DNA of 60,712 nucleotides, taken from a bacterium. Its GTDB lineage: Bacteria > Bacteroidota > Ignavibacteria > UBA10030. Numbering within the stretch: the stretch's first letter is position 1; each line of letters starts with the position of its first letter. Where the stretch lies: contig JAZDJN010000085.1 in the NCBI GenBank assembly GCA_043803945.1, forward strand, positions 1 to 60,712, written 5' to 3'. The notes beneath the pieces were generated by a model. The model was not told the DNA's origin. It did no database searches and saw nothing but the letters and a program-made list of their open reading frames with translations. The position numbers were made by a program, and so were the translations under genes. Shown here in pieces: positions 1 to 8,241 of this stretch.

Positions 1-1
1 T

Positions 2-496
2 ACGTACAGCGACTGGGCCCGTCTCACTGAAGGATATTATCTCCTGCGCACAAACATCTAAGCCAAAGGCTTATCAGCCTCTGGCTGAAAAGACTGGACG
101 CCTGAGGATCTTTGGAAAGCCTACATCCAACTGACAGAAGCTGAGGCAGCCTTCCGCATTCACAAACAGGACTTGAAGCTTCGTCCAATCTGGCACCAAC
201 GAGAGGATCGTGTGCAGGCCCACATCCTGGTGTGCTTCCTTGCCTATGTGCTCTGGAAATGTCTCGGCCAGATATGTAAGCGATCAAGCTTTGGCAACGA
301 GCCGAGGACTATTCTTGAAGAAATAAAAAGCCTGACGCTCATCGATGTCGTTCTTCTGACGCGCACGCAAATCGAGATCAGACTCCGGTGCATCTCGAAA
401 CCGGAGCCGCCTCTGGCCCTCTTGCTTCAGAGACTCGATCTGAGACCCCCTGAACGGCTCGAATTGAAACTCAAAAATGTAGTGCCGACTTTTTAA
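2..496 (+). pseudogene. IS1634-family DDE transposase, C-terminal part, interrupted by in-frame stops
   Basis: Frame from nt 2 reads [60 protein letters not shown]; removing 59-88 restores a continuous IS1634-like sequence. Confidence 0.85.
59..88. repeat. 30-bp palindromic insertion in the transposase
   Basis: TAAGCCAAAGGCTTATCAGCCTCTGGCTGA; arms AGCCAAAGGCT / AGCCTCTGGCT are inverted with one mismatch. Confidence 0.8.
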
Positions 497-588
497 CATT
501 TATGCCCTATGCTCAACGGAATCGCCATCTTTTCTTCACAACTGTCGAACTTGGGTTAGAGATATATTCACCACGGGAGATTACCACT

Positions 589-765
589 ATGGAGAAGAAA
601 GAGTTTGATGTTGTTGAGGTTGTGAGGAGAATTCGAGATGCACAATTCGAAGATAGGAAGGGAAAATCTCAACAGGAAATTCTCAAGTACTACCATGATC
701 AATTTGTTCGTCTTGAACAAAGAGTACATAAGAAAGAACAAGACTTAAGCCCTTATAGACGGTAG
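589..765 (+). CDS. Small hypothetical protein (58 aa), possibly the partner of a PIN-type toxin
   Basis: MEKKEFDVVEVVRRIRDAQ...; GGGAGA upstream of ATG 589; family assignment is recollection only. Confidence 0.5.
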   Translation: MEKKEFDVVEVVRRIRDAQFEDRKGKSQQEILKYYHDQFVRLEQRVHKKEQDLSPYRR

Positions 766-774
766 CAACATGTA

Positions 775-824
775 AGAAGCCCGTCTTTTCTCTGAGATAT
801 ATCTGAGTAAAAAGACGGACTTCT
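775..824. terminator. Hairpin between convergent genes, likely bidirectional terminator
   Basis: AGAAGCCCGTCTTTT (775-789) / AAAAGACGGACTTCT (810-824), followed by an A-run (a U-tract on the minus strand). Confidence 0.6.
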
Positions 825-835
825 AAAAAAAATAT

Positions 836-857
836 CCCTCGGCAAAATGCCTTCGGG
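836..857. repeat. Short palindromic element, same family as 17960-17981
   Basis: CCCTCGGCAAAATGCCTTCGGG matches the reverse complement of 17960-17981 at 18/22 nt. Confidence 0.6.
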
Positions 858-931
858 CTGGTAATAGATGGACTGCCTAATCGTCTATCATCTCAAGTCT
901 CTCTTCTCACCCTAAGAAGGTTTTGAACGCC

Positions 932-1477
932 TTATATGGTTTGATTCAGAATTTCTTTCCGGGGGGAGGGGATCACAACCTTTTCGACGAGCAATCCCTT
1001 CTTTTCTACCATCGCGGCGCCGGCATCGACAGCAGCCTGAACAGAGCCAACATCGCCGGTAAACATCACCCAGCCTTTGCCTCCGATGGCCATCGCCAGG
1101 TGGATTTCCATCAATTCAACAGATGCTGATTTGACTGCTGCATCGGCTGCTTCGATAATGGCTGCCACAGAGAATGCTTCAATGATACCCAGTGCCTTGA
1201 CGTCGGGCGTGTGTGCAACACCGCTGATTGCGGGAAATACGGTGGGATGGACGTTTGGAATGATAAAGTGATCGATAATCTGGTGGCCGCCTATAGCAAC
1301 ACCTATTTCCACACTGGCGTTTACCGCATCGACACTTCCACCGACGAGGACCACATACTTGCCGGGGCAAATCGTGCGGTTCACCACAATCTCAACATGA
1401 GCAGTCTTCAGCATAGCATCGGCAACCTGAATGCCTTTCGCAATGCTCGATAACTCTACCAATCCAATTGCCACCAT
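932..1477 (-). CDS. pduT: BMC-T tandem-domain shell protein, PduT-like
   Basis: Two BMC domains in 181 aa; RTICPGKY retains the PduT Fe-S-ligating Cys; adjacent to a PduS-like gene. Confidence 0.85.
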   Translation of the reverse strand: MVAIGLVELSSIAKGIQVADAMLKTAHVEIVVNRTICPGKYVVLVGGSVDAVNASVEIGVAIGGHQIIDHFIIPNVHPTVFPAISGVAHTPDVKALGIIEAFSVAAIIEAADAAVKSASVELMEIHLAMAIGGKGWVMFTGDVGSVQAAVDAGAAMVEKKGLLVEKVVIPSPRKEILNQTI

Positions 1478-1496
1478 AGGAGAGTGCCTTTATGAA

Positions 1497-1630
1497 ATTC
1501 AAACATCAAACATAAAATATCAAAATGACAATGATAAATTAAAAACGGAATTGTAACATAACAATTCGCTATATCATTATCGAAGTTACGATCTTTTCAT
1601 TTTCGATTTTGCCCTGTAATTTTTCTTTTT
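1497..1630. repeat. AT-rich short-period imperfect inverted repeat (empty intergenic element)
   Basis: A-rich arm ...ATCAAAATGACAATGATAAATTAAAAA and T-rich arm TTTTCATTTTCGATTTTG; similar arms at ~15709-15757 and 16141-16171. Confidence 0.45.
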
Positions 1631-2971
1631 TCATTTTACATTTTTAATTGTAATGCTTCTCTCACCTATTTCTGTCACCACTCCATCGATACTTGCGTGC
1701 ACAGGACATCCGAGTTTCTCTTCTGGAACACTGCCGATTAAATCTCCTCGCTTCACCATTGAGCCGACCTGCACCGTCGGTGTGGCAGGAGTTCCAATAT
1801 GTGAATTGAGCGGAATGGTGACACTCTCAGGATGTGCGTCGATCTTTTTGTAATGTGCATGCCGGTCGTACTGTTTTAATCCGAGCCGCTGATAGAGCAT
1901 CGCAATAGGGATCTGGCGACCATCGCGAGCTGAATGAACTTCACGAAAGAGCGTGTCAATCTCCTTGGAAGTTCGCGTGATATTCTGTTCCCGGACTCGT
2001 TTCTTCGCATCAACACAGATACTTTTTGGGTCGAGTTTTTCAGGACAGGCAAAGAGTGAGCATACATTGCACTCGCAGCAGTACGTTGCCCAAAGACTGA
2101 GCCGGTCTTTATCACTTCCGGTCATCATCAGGGAACGCATAACACGGTGTGGTTCAATCGGGTAGCCGAGAATGTAGCGGGGACACAGTTCAGTACAAAG
2201 GGAGCACTGATCGCATGCACCATGGCCGATACGGGTGTACTGCTGTTTCGATGCACCCTTTCGCTGAGCAAGAGGATGGTCGTCGGGAAGAATAATCACA
2301 GCACCATTTGTCTTCGATACCGGCAAGGAGAGATCATGCTCCATACCGCCCATCATTACACCCCCGGTGAACACTAGAGGATTTGGAATGGTCAGTCCCC
2401 GTGCGATACCGATGCAGTCGGAAAAGCTTGTACCGACAGGGACAGCAACCGTCATTGCATCATTGACTGCGCCGCTGATGGTAAGATACTTCTCAACCAC
2501 CGATTTTCCCTCAACCGCAAGAGATATGTTGACAATCGTTTCTACATTATCGACGAGGACACCAACCTGAAGCGGAATCCCTCCCGGCAGAATGCGGCGC
2601 CTCGCAATATCATAAACCAGGATATACTCATCGCCGGCAGGGTAAACATCTTCCATAATGAAGAGATCAAATCCGTAGGCGTTTGCTTTGGCCTTAAGAG
2701 CTTTGGCAACGTCGCTGTTCTTGCGTTTAATTGCGATCGTGACCTTTTGAGCTCCAGTCAATTCCCGCATAACTGAGAGGCCGTGGAAAAGGCGCTCCTG
2801 ATTCTGGAGCATAACCTCGCGATCTTTATAGAGCAGCGGCTCACACTCAGCGCCATTTGCGATGATGTGTTCGACGGTCGCGTCCAGTTTTTTGTAGGCC
2901 GGAAATCCAGCACCGCCCGCGCCGATAACGCCGGCCTCGCGAATCTGTCTCAAGATATATTGTCTGTTCAT
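1631..2971 (-). CDS. pduS: PduS / RnfC-like flavin-4Fe-4S oxidoreductase
   Basis: GVIGAGGAGFP, NGAECEPLL, YPAGDE, SLBB-like region, CDQCSLCTELCP and CCECNVCSLFACP, C-terminal HIGTPA..HASIDG domain; start moved to ATG 2971. Confidence 0.85.
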   Translation of the reverse strand: MNRQYILRQIREAGVIGAGGAGFPAYKKLDATVEHIIANGAECEPLLYKDREVMLQNQERLFHGLSVMRELTGAQKVTIAIKRKNSDVAKALKAKANAYGFDLFIMEDVYPAGDEYILVYDIARRRILPGGIPLQVGVLVDNVETIVNISLAVEGKSVVEKYLTISGAVNDAMTVAVPVGTSFSDCIGIARGLTIPNPLVFTGGVMMGGMEHDLSLPVSKTNGAVIILPDDHPLAQRKGASKQQYTRIGHGACDQCSLCTELCPRYILGYPIEPHRVMRSLMMTGSDKDRLSLWATYCCECNVCSLFACPEKLDPKSICVDAKKRVREQNITRTSKEIDTLFREVHSARDGRQIPIAMLYQRLGLKQYDRHAHYKKIDAHPESVTIPLNSHIGTPATPTVQVGSMVKRGDLIGSVPEEKLGCPVHASIDGVVTEIGERSITIKNVK

Positions 2972-3103
2972 TTCCACGAATTGTATGTTACCACAAAGGA
3001 CATAAAGGTAGTTGAAAAATGGAAGCAATCCAGAATGAATACGACTCGAAGCGATCCATGGTTATCAATAGAATGTCCGAGCCTTACTTCCAGGATAAAA
3101 TGG

Positions 3104-3391
3104 TTACTTGCCTTTTCCTTTGGCTTTAATCGGGAAGACATCTTCCAGATCGCTGGCGGGCCGTGGAATAACGTGGGCAGAAACCAACTCACCGATTTTC
3201 TGCGCCGCTGCCGACCCGGCTTCCACCGCAGCCTGGCATGAAGCAACATCGCCGCGTACGATTGCAACGACAAGTCCGCCGCCGACTTGCTGGTAGCCGA
3301 TAAATTGGACTTCAGCGGTTTTTACCATGGCATCGACTGCCTCCACGAGAGCAGTCATCCCGCGTGTTTCGATCATTCCTAATGCTTGCAT
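3104..3391 (-). CDS. BMC-H hexamer shell protein (PduA/EutM-like)
   Basis: MQALGMIETRG...DAMVKTAEV...VRGDVA...HVIPRP. Confidence 0.95.
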   Translation of the reverse strand: MQALGMIETRGMTALVEAVDAMVKTAEVQFIGYQQVGGGLVVAIVRGDVASCQAAVEAGSAAAQKIGELVSAHVIPRPASDLEDVFPIKAKGKGK

Positions 3392-3433
3392 TATGTTCTC
3401 CAATTTATGAAACCACACTTCTGTAAAAAGATT

Positions 3434-3502
3434 AACCACGAAGGGCGCTAAGATCGCAAAGCTTACATCTATTACTCTTGGCGTTCTTGGCGCTTTGGCG
3501 GT
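3434..3502. repeat. Empty copy of the inverted repeat that flanks the GxxExxY gene
   Basis: AACCACGAAGGGCGCTAAGATCGCAAAG (3434-3461) and CTTGGCGTTCTTGGCGCTTTGGCGGT (3477-3502). Confidence 0.7.
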
Positions 3503-3509
3503 CTAATTA

Positions 3510-3788
3510 TTAGACTTTTGCCTTAATCGGAAATATTTCTTCCAGGTCACTGTGCGGGCGCGGGATTACATGCACTGCAATGAGTTCGCCGATCTTCTGT
3601 GCTGCAACTGCTCCGGCCTCAGTAGCGGCTTTGCATGCGGCAACATCACCGCGGACAATCACTGTTACAAGTCCGCCGCCAATTTGCTGGAAGGCAACAA
3701 GCTTCACACGAGCCGCCTTGACCATCGCATCTGCCGCTTCAATAACGGCTACCAAGCCTTTTGTTTCGATCATTCCGAGTGCTTCCAT
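3510..3788 (-). CDS. BMC-H hexamer shell protein (PduA/EutM-like)
   Basis: [11 protein letters not shown]...AADAMVKAA...VRGDVAA...HVIPRPH. Confidence 0.95.
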   Translation of the reverse strand: MEALGMIETKGLVAVIEAADAMVKAARVKLVAFQQIGGGLVTVIVRGDVAACKAATEAGAVAAQKIGELIAVHVIPRPHSDLEEIFPIKAKV

Positions 3789-3845
3789 AGTAGTGCTCCT
3801 GATTAGTGAGTGAAAAATGAATATGAGTAAAAAATTCTATCTAGG

Positions 3846-4244
3846 TTAAGCCCTATCACTGTCCCCCTTTAGGGGGACTACAGGGGGTTGTTGAATTATC
3901 TCATAGATTGTAGTCAGTACACCCTCGATATTTGCCATGACCTCAACCGATGAAAAATGTAGCACTTGAAATCCTTGTGCTTCGAGATATCGATCCCGGA
4001 TAGCATCGTAGGATTTGCCTTCTTCGGTATAATGTTGAGAACCGTCTACTTCGATTACCAGATGCTTTTTCCAACAGAGGAAATCAACAATATACTTTCC
4101 AATCGGACATTGGCGTCTAAAATGATACCCTATCTGATTGCCACAAAGTTGGGACCAGAGTTTCACTTCAGATTCAGTTGAATTTTTTCTGAACGCCTTT
4201 GCTCTCCCGATCGAAGCGTGCCGATAATGAATTTTTTCTGACAC
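3846..4244 (-). CDS. DUF559 / Vsr-like endonuclease domain protein
   Basis: RKNSTESE..LW...FRRQ.PIG.YIVDF...LVIEVDGSQH...D..RD.YL...GF.VL.F; likely GTG start at 4244; flanked by hairpins at 3861-3878, 4266-4286 and 4346-4366. Confidence 0.85.
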   Translation of the reverse strand: MSEKIHYRHASIGRAKAFRKNSTESEVKLWSQLCGNQIGYHFRRQCPIGKYIVDFLCWKKHLVIEVDGSQHYTEEGKSYDAIRDRYLEAQGFQVLHFSSVEVMANIEGVLTTIYEIIQQPPVVPLKGDSDRA

Positions 4245-4369
4245 GACCTTTTCAACCTCATCCTGCCCTCTCCTAAAAGGAGAGGGTGTGAATAGCATAG
4301 AATCAAAAATAGACTTCAAGAGAAAAGTAATTCTTAACTTCAAAAAACTCTCCTATGAAGAGAGTTGAG

Positions 4370-5566
4370 TTATGCTTTCAAACCTTTAATGACATTCACT
4401 GTTTCTCGTGCGACAACGATTTCTTCGTTCGTTTCGATGACCAATCCTTTGATGGAGGAGTCATCTGAGGTAATAATTGTCTCCGGCATTGCATTACGCT
4501 TTTCGTCGAGCTTGACTCCAAGAAATGCGAGAGAGGAGAGAACCTCACTGCGCAACCCTGTATCCCGCTGTCCAATCCCTCCGGTGAATGTAATGGCATC
4601 TGCACCTTCAAGCAAAACAAGATATTCCCCAATGTATCGTTTGATATCATAAATGAACTTATCGCGAGCCAGTTTTGCTCGTGAATTACCTTTGGCAATT
4701 GCCTCTTTAATGTCTCGCATATCTGCTGAGATTCCTGAGAGTCCTGCCAGGCCGCTCTTCTTGGAACATTCCTCGAGCGCTTGCTCCAGTGTTATATTCT
4801 TCCGTTTCATAATGTAGGGGAGAATAAAAGGATCGATATCGCCGATCCGCGTTCCCTGCAGCAAGCCTGATTGCGGAGTGAATCCCATCGATGTATCAAT
4901 CGACTCTCCATTCTTGAATGCGCAAATTGAAGAAGAGCCGCCGAGATGACAAGTGATAATGCGGTTGCTCTTATGCGGTAGATTCAGAATTCTTGCGGTC
5001 TCCCATGTCACGAAACGGTGCGATGAGCCGTGATAACCGTACTTCCGAACGTTGTACTGCTCGAACCACTCATATGGTGTTCCATAGATGCGGGCATAAT
5101 CTGGCATGGCAGTGTGGAATCCCGGTTCAAACACACCAACTAGTGGAATCTTCGGCAGAAGCTCGCGAAACATATAGATCGCCGTTAGATACGGAGGATT
5201 GTGTGCAGGTGCGAGGTCCCGATAATCCTCCATTGCCTTTAAGACATCATCCGTTAAGAGGACCGAACCGTTCTTCTCACCAGCCTGGATCGTCTTGAAG
5301 CCAATACCATCGATCTCATTGAGCGAGGCAAGCAATCCAACCGGAGAATTTACAAGAAAGCTCAGCGCGTGCTGGACCGCTTCACGATGTGACGGTATCT
5401 TCTGGGTGGATTGTTGAACTTGTCGAGCGCCTATCCAGTAGGTGATTATCGCCTGATCTGAACCGACACGCTCCGTGTAGCCGCGTGCGAGCGGACGTTC
5501 GGTTGTCATATCCAGCAATTGGAATTTGAAACTGCTGGAGCCGATATTACAAACGATGATTTTCAT
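4370..5566 (-). CDS. ackA: Acetate/propionate-family kinase, BMC-associated divergent type
   Basis: NIGSSSFK, APAHN, YGYHGSSH, DTSMGFTP, GTRIGDIDP, FTGGIG, TNEE. Confidence 0.9.
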   Translation of the reverse strand: MKIIVCNIGSSSFKFQLLDMTTERPLARGYTERVGSDQAIITYWIGARQVQQSTQKIPSHREAVQHALSFLVNSPVGLLASLNEIDGIGFKTIQAGEKNGSVLLTDDVLKAMEDYRDLAPAHNPPYLTAIYMFRELLPKIPLVGVFEPGFHTAMPDYARIYGTPYEWFEQYNVRKYGYHGSSHRFVTWETARILNLPHKSNRIITCHLGGSSSICAFKNGESIDTSMGFTPQSGLLQGTRIGDIDPFILPYIMKRKNITLEQALEECSKKSGLAGLSGISADMRDIKEAIAKGNSRAKLARDKFIYDIKRYIGEYLVLLEGADAITFTGGIGQRDTGLRSEVLSSLAFLGVKLDEKRNAMPETIITSDDSSIKGLVIETNEEIVVARETVNVIKGLKA

Positions 5567-6336
5567 TTTGTGCCAAGTTGCCGCAGTACTTTTTCTGTAG
5601 CTTCTTTTATGAGACGCTCTTTTTCCGAGTCACCCTCTGATGCAGGTGTGTCGCAAGATATTTCATCTTCGCATGTCGCGCAGCCTACCTCAGTGCGAAT
5701 GCCGAATTTTTCCCGCAGATCAGTAAGTTTTTGTACTTGATCTTTGTTCAAGACATTCATATGACCCAACTGCTGGGCAACGAAGGCGATATGGGCAAAG
5801 TGCTCCAGTGTTTCTGTTTTGTAGTATGCATTGAAGAGATCCTTGCCGACAGTCAGTGTTCCGTGATTGGCAAGAAGAAATGCATCATATTTCTGCAAAA
5901 TCTTCAGGACAGGCTTGTAAAATTCGTCTGTGCCCGGCGTGCCGTATTCAACGAGCGGAATACCCCCCAGGACGATGATGACTTCAGGAAGGATGCATTT
6001 GTCGAGAGGGATGCCGGCAACGGCAAATCCTGTAGCGTAGGGAGGATGTGAGTGGACAACGCCATTCACGTCGGGCCGGTTTTTGTAGATTTCCAGGTGC
6101 ATGAACATCTCCGATGAAGGCTTCTTCGTGCCGCTGACAATTTTGCCGTTCAGGTCAAGCAGCACCATATCCTCGATGCTCATATATCCTTTGCTCACAC
6201 CGGTGGGTGTGATTACGAAGCGCTTTTCATCCACGCGTGCGCTGATGTTGCCATCGTTCGATGCCACATAGCCGCGGTCATAGACGCGCTTGCCAATTTC
6301 GACAAGGTCTTTTTTTAATGCTAATAAGCTTTTCAC
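5563..6336 (-). CDS. Class II aldolase (fuculose/rhamnulose-phosphate aldolase-like) with C-terminal encapsulation peptide
   Basis: DGNIS, ITPTG, KPSSE, HSHP, LANHG; C-terminal amphipathic ERLIKEATEKVLRQL. Confidence 0.88.
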   Translation of the reverse strand: MKSLLALKKDLVEIGKRVYDRGYVASNDGNISARVDEKRFVITPTGVSKGYMSIEDMVLLDLNGKIVSGTKKPSSEMFMHLEIYKNRPDVNGVVHSHPPYATGFAVAGIPLDKCILPEVIIVLGGIPLVEYGTPGTDEFYKPVLKILQKYDAFLLANHGTLTVGKDLFNAYYKTETLEHFAHIAFVAQQLGHMNVLNKDQVQKLTDLREKFGIRTEVGCATCEDEISCDTPASEGDSEKERLIKEATEKVLRQLGTK

Positions 6337-6357
6337 GTATCATCTCCATTAAGATTT

Positions 6358-6805
6358 AACCGCAAAGGATGTCAGGGGCGCAAAGAATATTAGAGATTAT
6401 GAACAACTCTTTTGATGCCATTTTTCAAATGAACCTTATTAAAATTGATCAGTAGTCCAAGCTTGCACCCAGACAGTTTCAGATATGTCAACACTTGCGC
6501 CATATGAATGTTACTCAGCGTCTCTACTGCTTTCAGTTCGATGATTAACTTTTTCTCAATAAGAAAATCAAGTCGATAACCGCAGTCGATTTTAACTTTT
6601 CCATAGTTAACCGGTAATGCTTTCTGTTTTTCAAAGAGGATATCGGCTTTGGATAATTCATATGCCAAACATTCTTCATAAGCTGATTCCAGCAATCCCG
6701 GACCAAGGGCTGAATGAACTTTCATTGCACAACCAATAACCACTTTTGATAGTTCATTCTCGTCCATCCTAAAAACCTTTGCGTTCCTTCGTGTCCTTTG
6801 CGGTT
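6358..6805. mobile_element. Inverted-repeat-bounded cassette carrying a GxxExxY gene
   Basis: AACCGCAAAGGA...CGCAAAG (6358-6385) and CTTTGCG...TCCTTTGCGGTT (6777-6805); outer 12 nt perfectly inverted; mobility is inferred. Confidence 0.6.
6390..6767 (-). CDS. GxxExxY protein (PD-(D/E)XK nuclease superfamily)
   Basis: LGPGLLESAYEECL, YRLDFL, IIELK, QVLTYLK, GLLINF. Confidence 0.95.
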   Translation of the reverse strand: MDENELSKVVIGCAMKVHSALGPGLLESAYEECLAYELSKADILFEKQKALPVNYGKVKIDCGYRLDFLIEKKLIIELKAVETLSNIHMAQVLTYLKLSGCKLGLLINFNKVHLKNGIKRVVHNL

Positions 6806-8230
6806 TTAGACAATCTGCATCGATTTTGAAACAGCTACTCGCCGTACACGCGCAAAGTTCCGCGGCGTGCAGACTCCTTCGCCGGTCGGGCTTGAGACGG
6901 TATGCGAGAAATTCCCCTCACCGGTCATTCCGCCTAAGCCTGCCAGACTCGGCCCATTCACCACAACGATGGAAGTATTCATCGCTTTTGTATACTTCGT
7001 GATCGTATTGAGATTGTTCGAGTGAATCATCGCTGTGTGCCCGTAGCCATGCTCGGCTTTCAGAGCGAACTGGATGCCTTCATCGACACATTTCACCTTC
7101 ACCACAGGGAGGTATGGCATCATCTGCTCCTCGTGCACAAAGGGGCAGCTCATACTTGCCGCACCAAAGAGGATCCGAACATCATCGGAGAGATGCAGGC
7201 CAACGGCTCTTGCCAGTACATTTGCATTCTTCCCTACAAAATCTTTATTGATTGAGTAATGCCCATCGGCTTCTTTGCGGAACACCTTCGACGCAAGTTT
7301 ATCGATCTGGGCGTTGGATAACCGCGCTGCGCCCGCCTCCGTCATTGCTTCCATGAATTCTTCGTACACAGACTCGACCACAAAGGCTTCTTTTTCGGCA
7401 ATACAGATGATATTGTTATCGAACGAGGCTCCTTCGATGATACTCTTTGCAGCGGTTTTGAGACAAGCAGTCTCATCGACAAGCACCGGCGGGTTTCCCG
7501 GTCCGGCTGCGATTACTTTTTTGCCGGAGCCGAACGCTGCCTTCACTAACGCCGGTCCGCCTGTCGCAACGATGATCCGAATTGCAGGGTGTCTAAAAAT
7601 AACATCGGCACTTTCCATCGTCGGCTCTTTGATCATGGAAATCAGATTCGCCGGTCCGCCGTTCTTTTGAATGACACGATCGAATATCTCCATCGCATAC
7701 GCAGATACTTTCTTACCTGCAGGATGAACATTGAAGACCACGCTGTTGCCCGGAGAGGTGATGATTACAATACTATTAAAGAGGACGGGAATCGGATGCG
7801 TGGAAGGAGTGATTGCTGCAATGACCCCATAGGGTGCATAATCTTCGTAGACCAATCCCTTGTCACCGCTCCACACTCGCATCTCCAGATCTTCTATTCC
7901 TGGAGTTGACGCTGCAGCGTTGTGGATCTTGTAAATTTTATCCTGATACCGTCCGAGTCCTGTCTCCTGAAGCTCACGCCTTGCGAAATCTTCTGCATGA
8001 TCACGCATCACCGTTCGAAGTGCCGCTATGACGTTTTTCTTTGTTTCCTTGGGGGTTGCAGCCCATTGCTTTTGCGCTACGATGGATGCATCAATGGCTT
8101 GTTGTGCATTATTGAAGACAGGACCTGCGATGCGCCCCGTGGAATAATTCACCGGCGTCCCCGACCGTTGAAGCCGTTTCAGGACTTCTCCAACAACTGC
8201 ATTAACATTTTGTTCACGAGTAATTGCCAT
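6806..8230 (-). CDS. CoA-acylating aldehyde dehydrogenase (EutE/PduP family) with N-terminal encapsulation peptide
   Basis: ETGLGR, PYGVI, ATGGP, AGPGNPP, SFDNNIICIAEKE (catalytic Cys), EQMMP, PTGEG; N-terminal VNAVVGEVLKRL. Confidence 0.93.
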   Translation of the reverse strand: MAITREQNVNAVVGEVLKRLQRSGTPVNYSTGRIAGPVFNNAQQAIDASIVAQKQWAATPKETKKNVIAALRTVMRDHAEDFARRELQETGLGRYQDKIYKIHNAAASTPGIEDLEMRVWSGDKGLVYEDYAPYGVIAAITPSTHPIPVLFNSIVIITSPGNSVVFNVHPAGKKVSAYAMEIFDRVIQKNGGPANLISMIKEPTMESADVIFRHPAIRIIVATGGPALVKAAFGSGKKVIAAGPGNPPVLVDETACLKTAAKSIIEGASFDNNIICIAEKEAFVVESVYEEFMEAMTEAGAARLSNAQIDKLASKVFRKEADGHYSINKDFVGKNANVLARAVGLHLSDDVRILFGAASMSCPFVHEEQMMPYLPVVKVKCVDEGIQFALKAEHGYGHTAMIHSNNLNTITKYTKAMNTSIVVVNGPSLAGLGGMTGEGNFSHTVSSPTGEGVCTPRNFARVRRVAVSKSMQIV

Positions 8231-8241
8231 TCTTTCTATCC

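Larger units (their letters stand above)
1..559 (+). mobile_element. IS1634-family insertion sequence, right-hand part (truncated by window edge)
   Basis: Transposase C-terminus ([27 protein letters not shown]) followed by an end sequence CTGTCGAACTTGGGTTAG (542-559) resembling IS1634 right ends as I recall them; exact boundary uncertain. Confidence 0.75.

Noticed and set aside
59-88. Recoding of the stops in the transposase
   Set aside because: Both TAA and TGA lie inside a palindromic insertion whose removal restores the family sequence
1631-2971. RnfC of an Rnf complex
   Set aside because: No rnfABDEG nearby; the C-terminal sandwich domain and adjacency to pduT fit PduS
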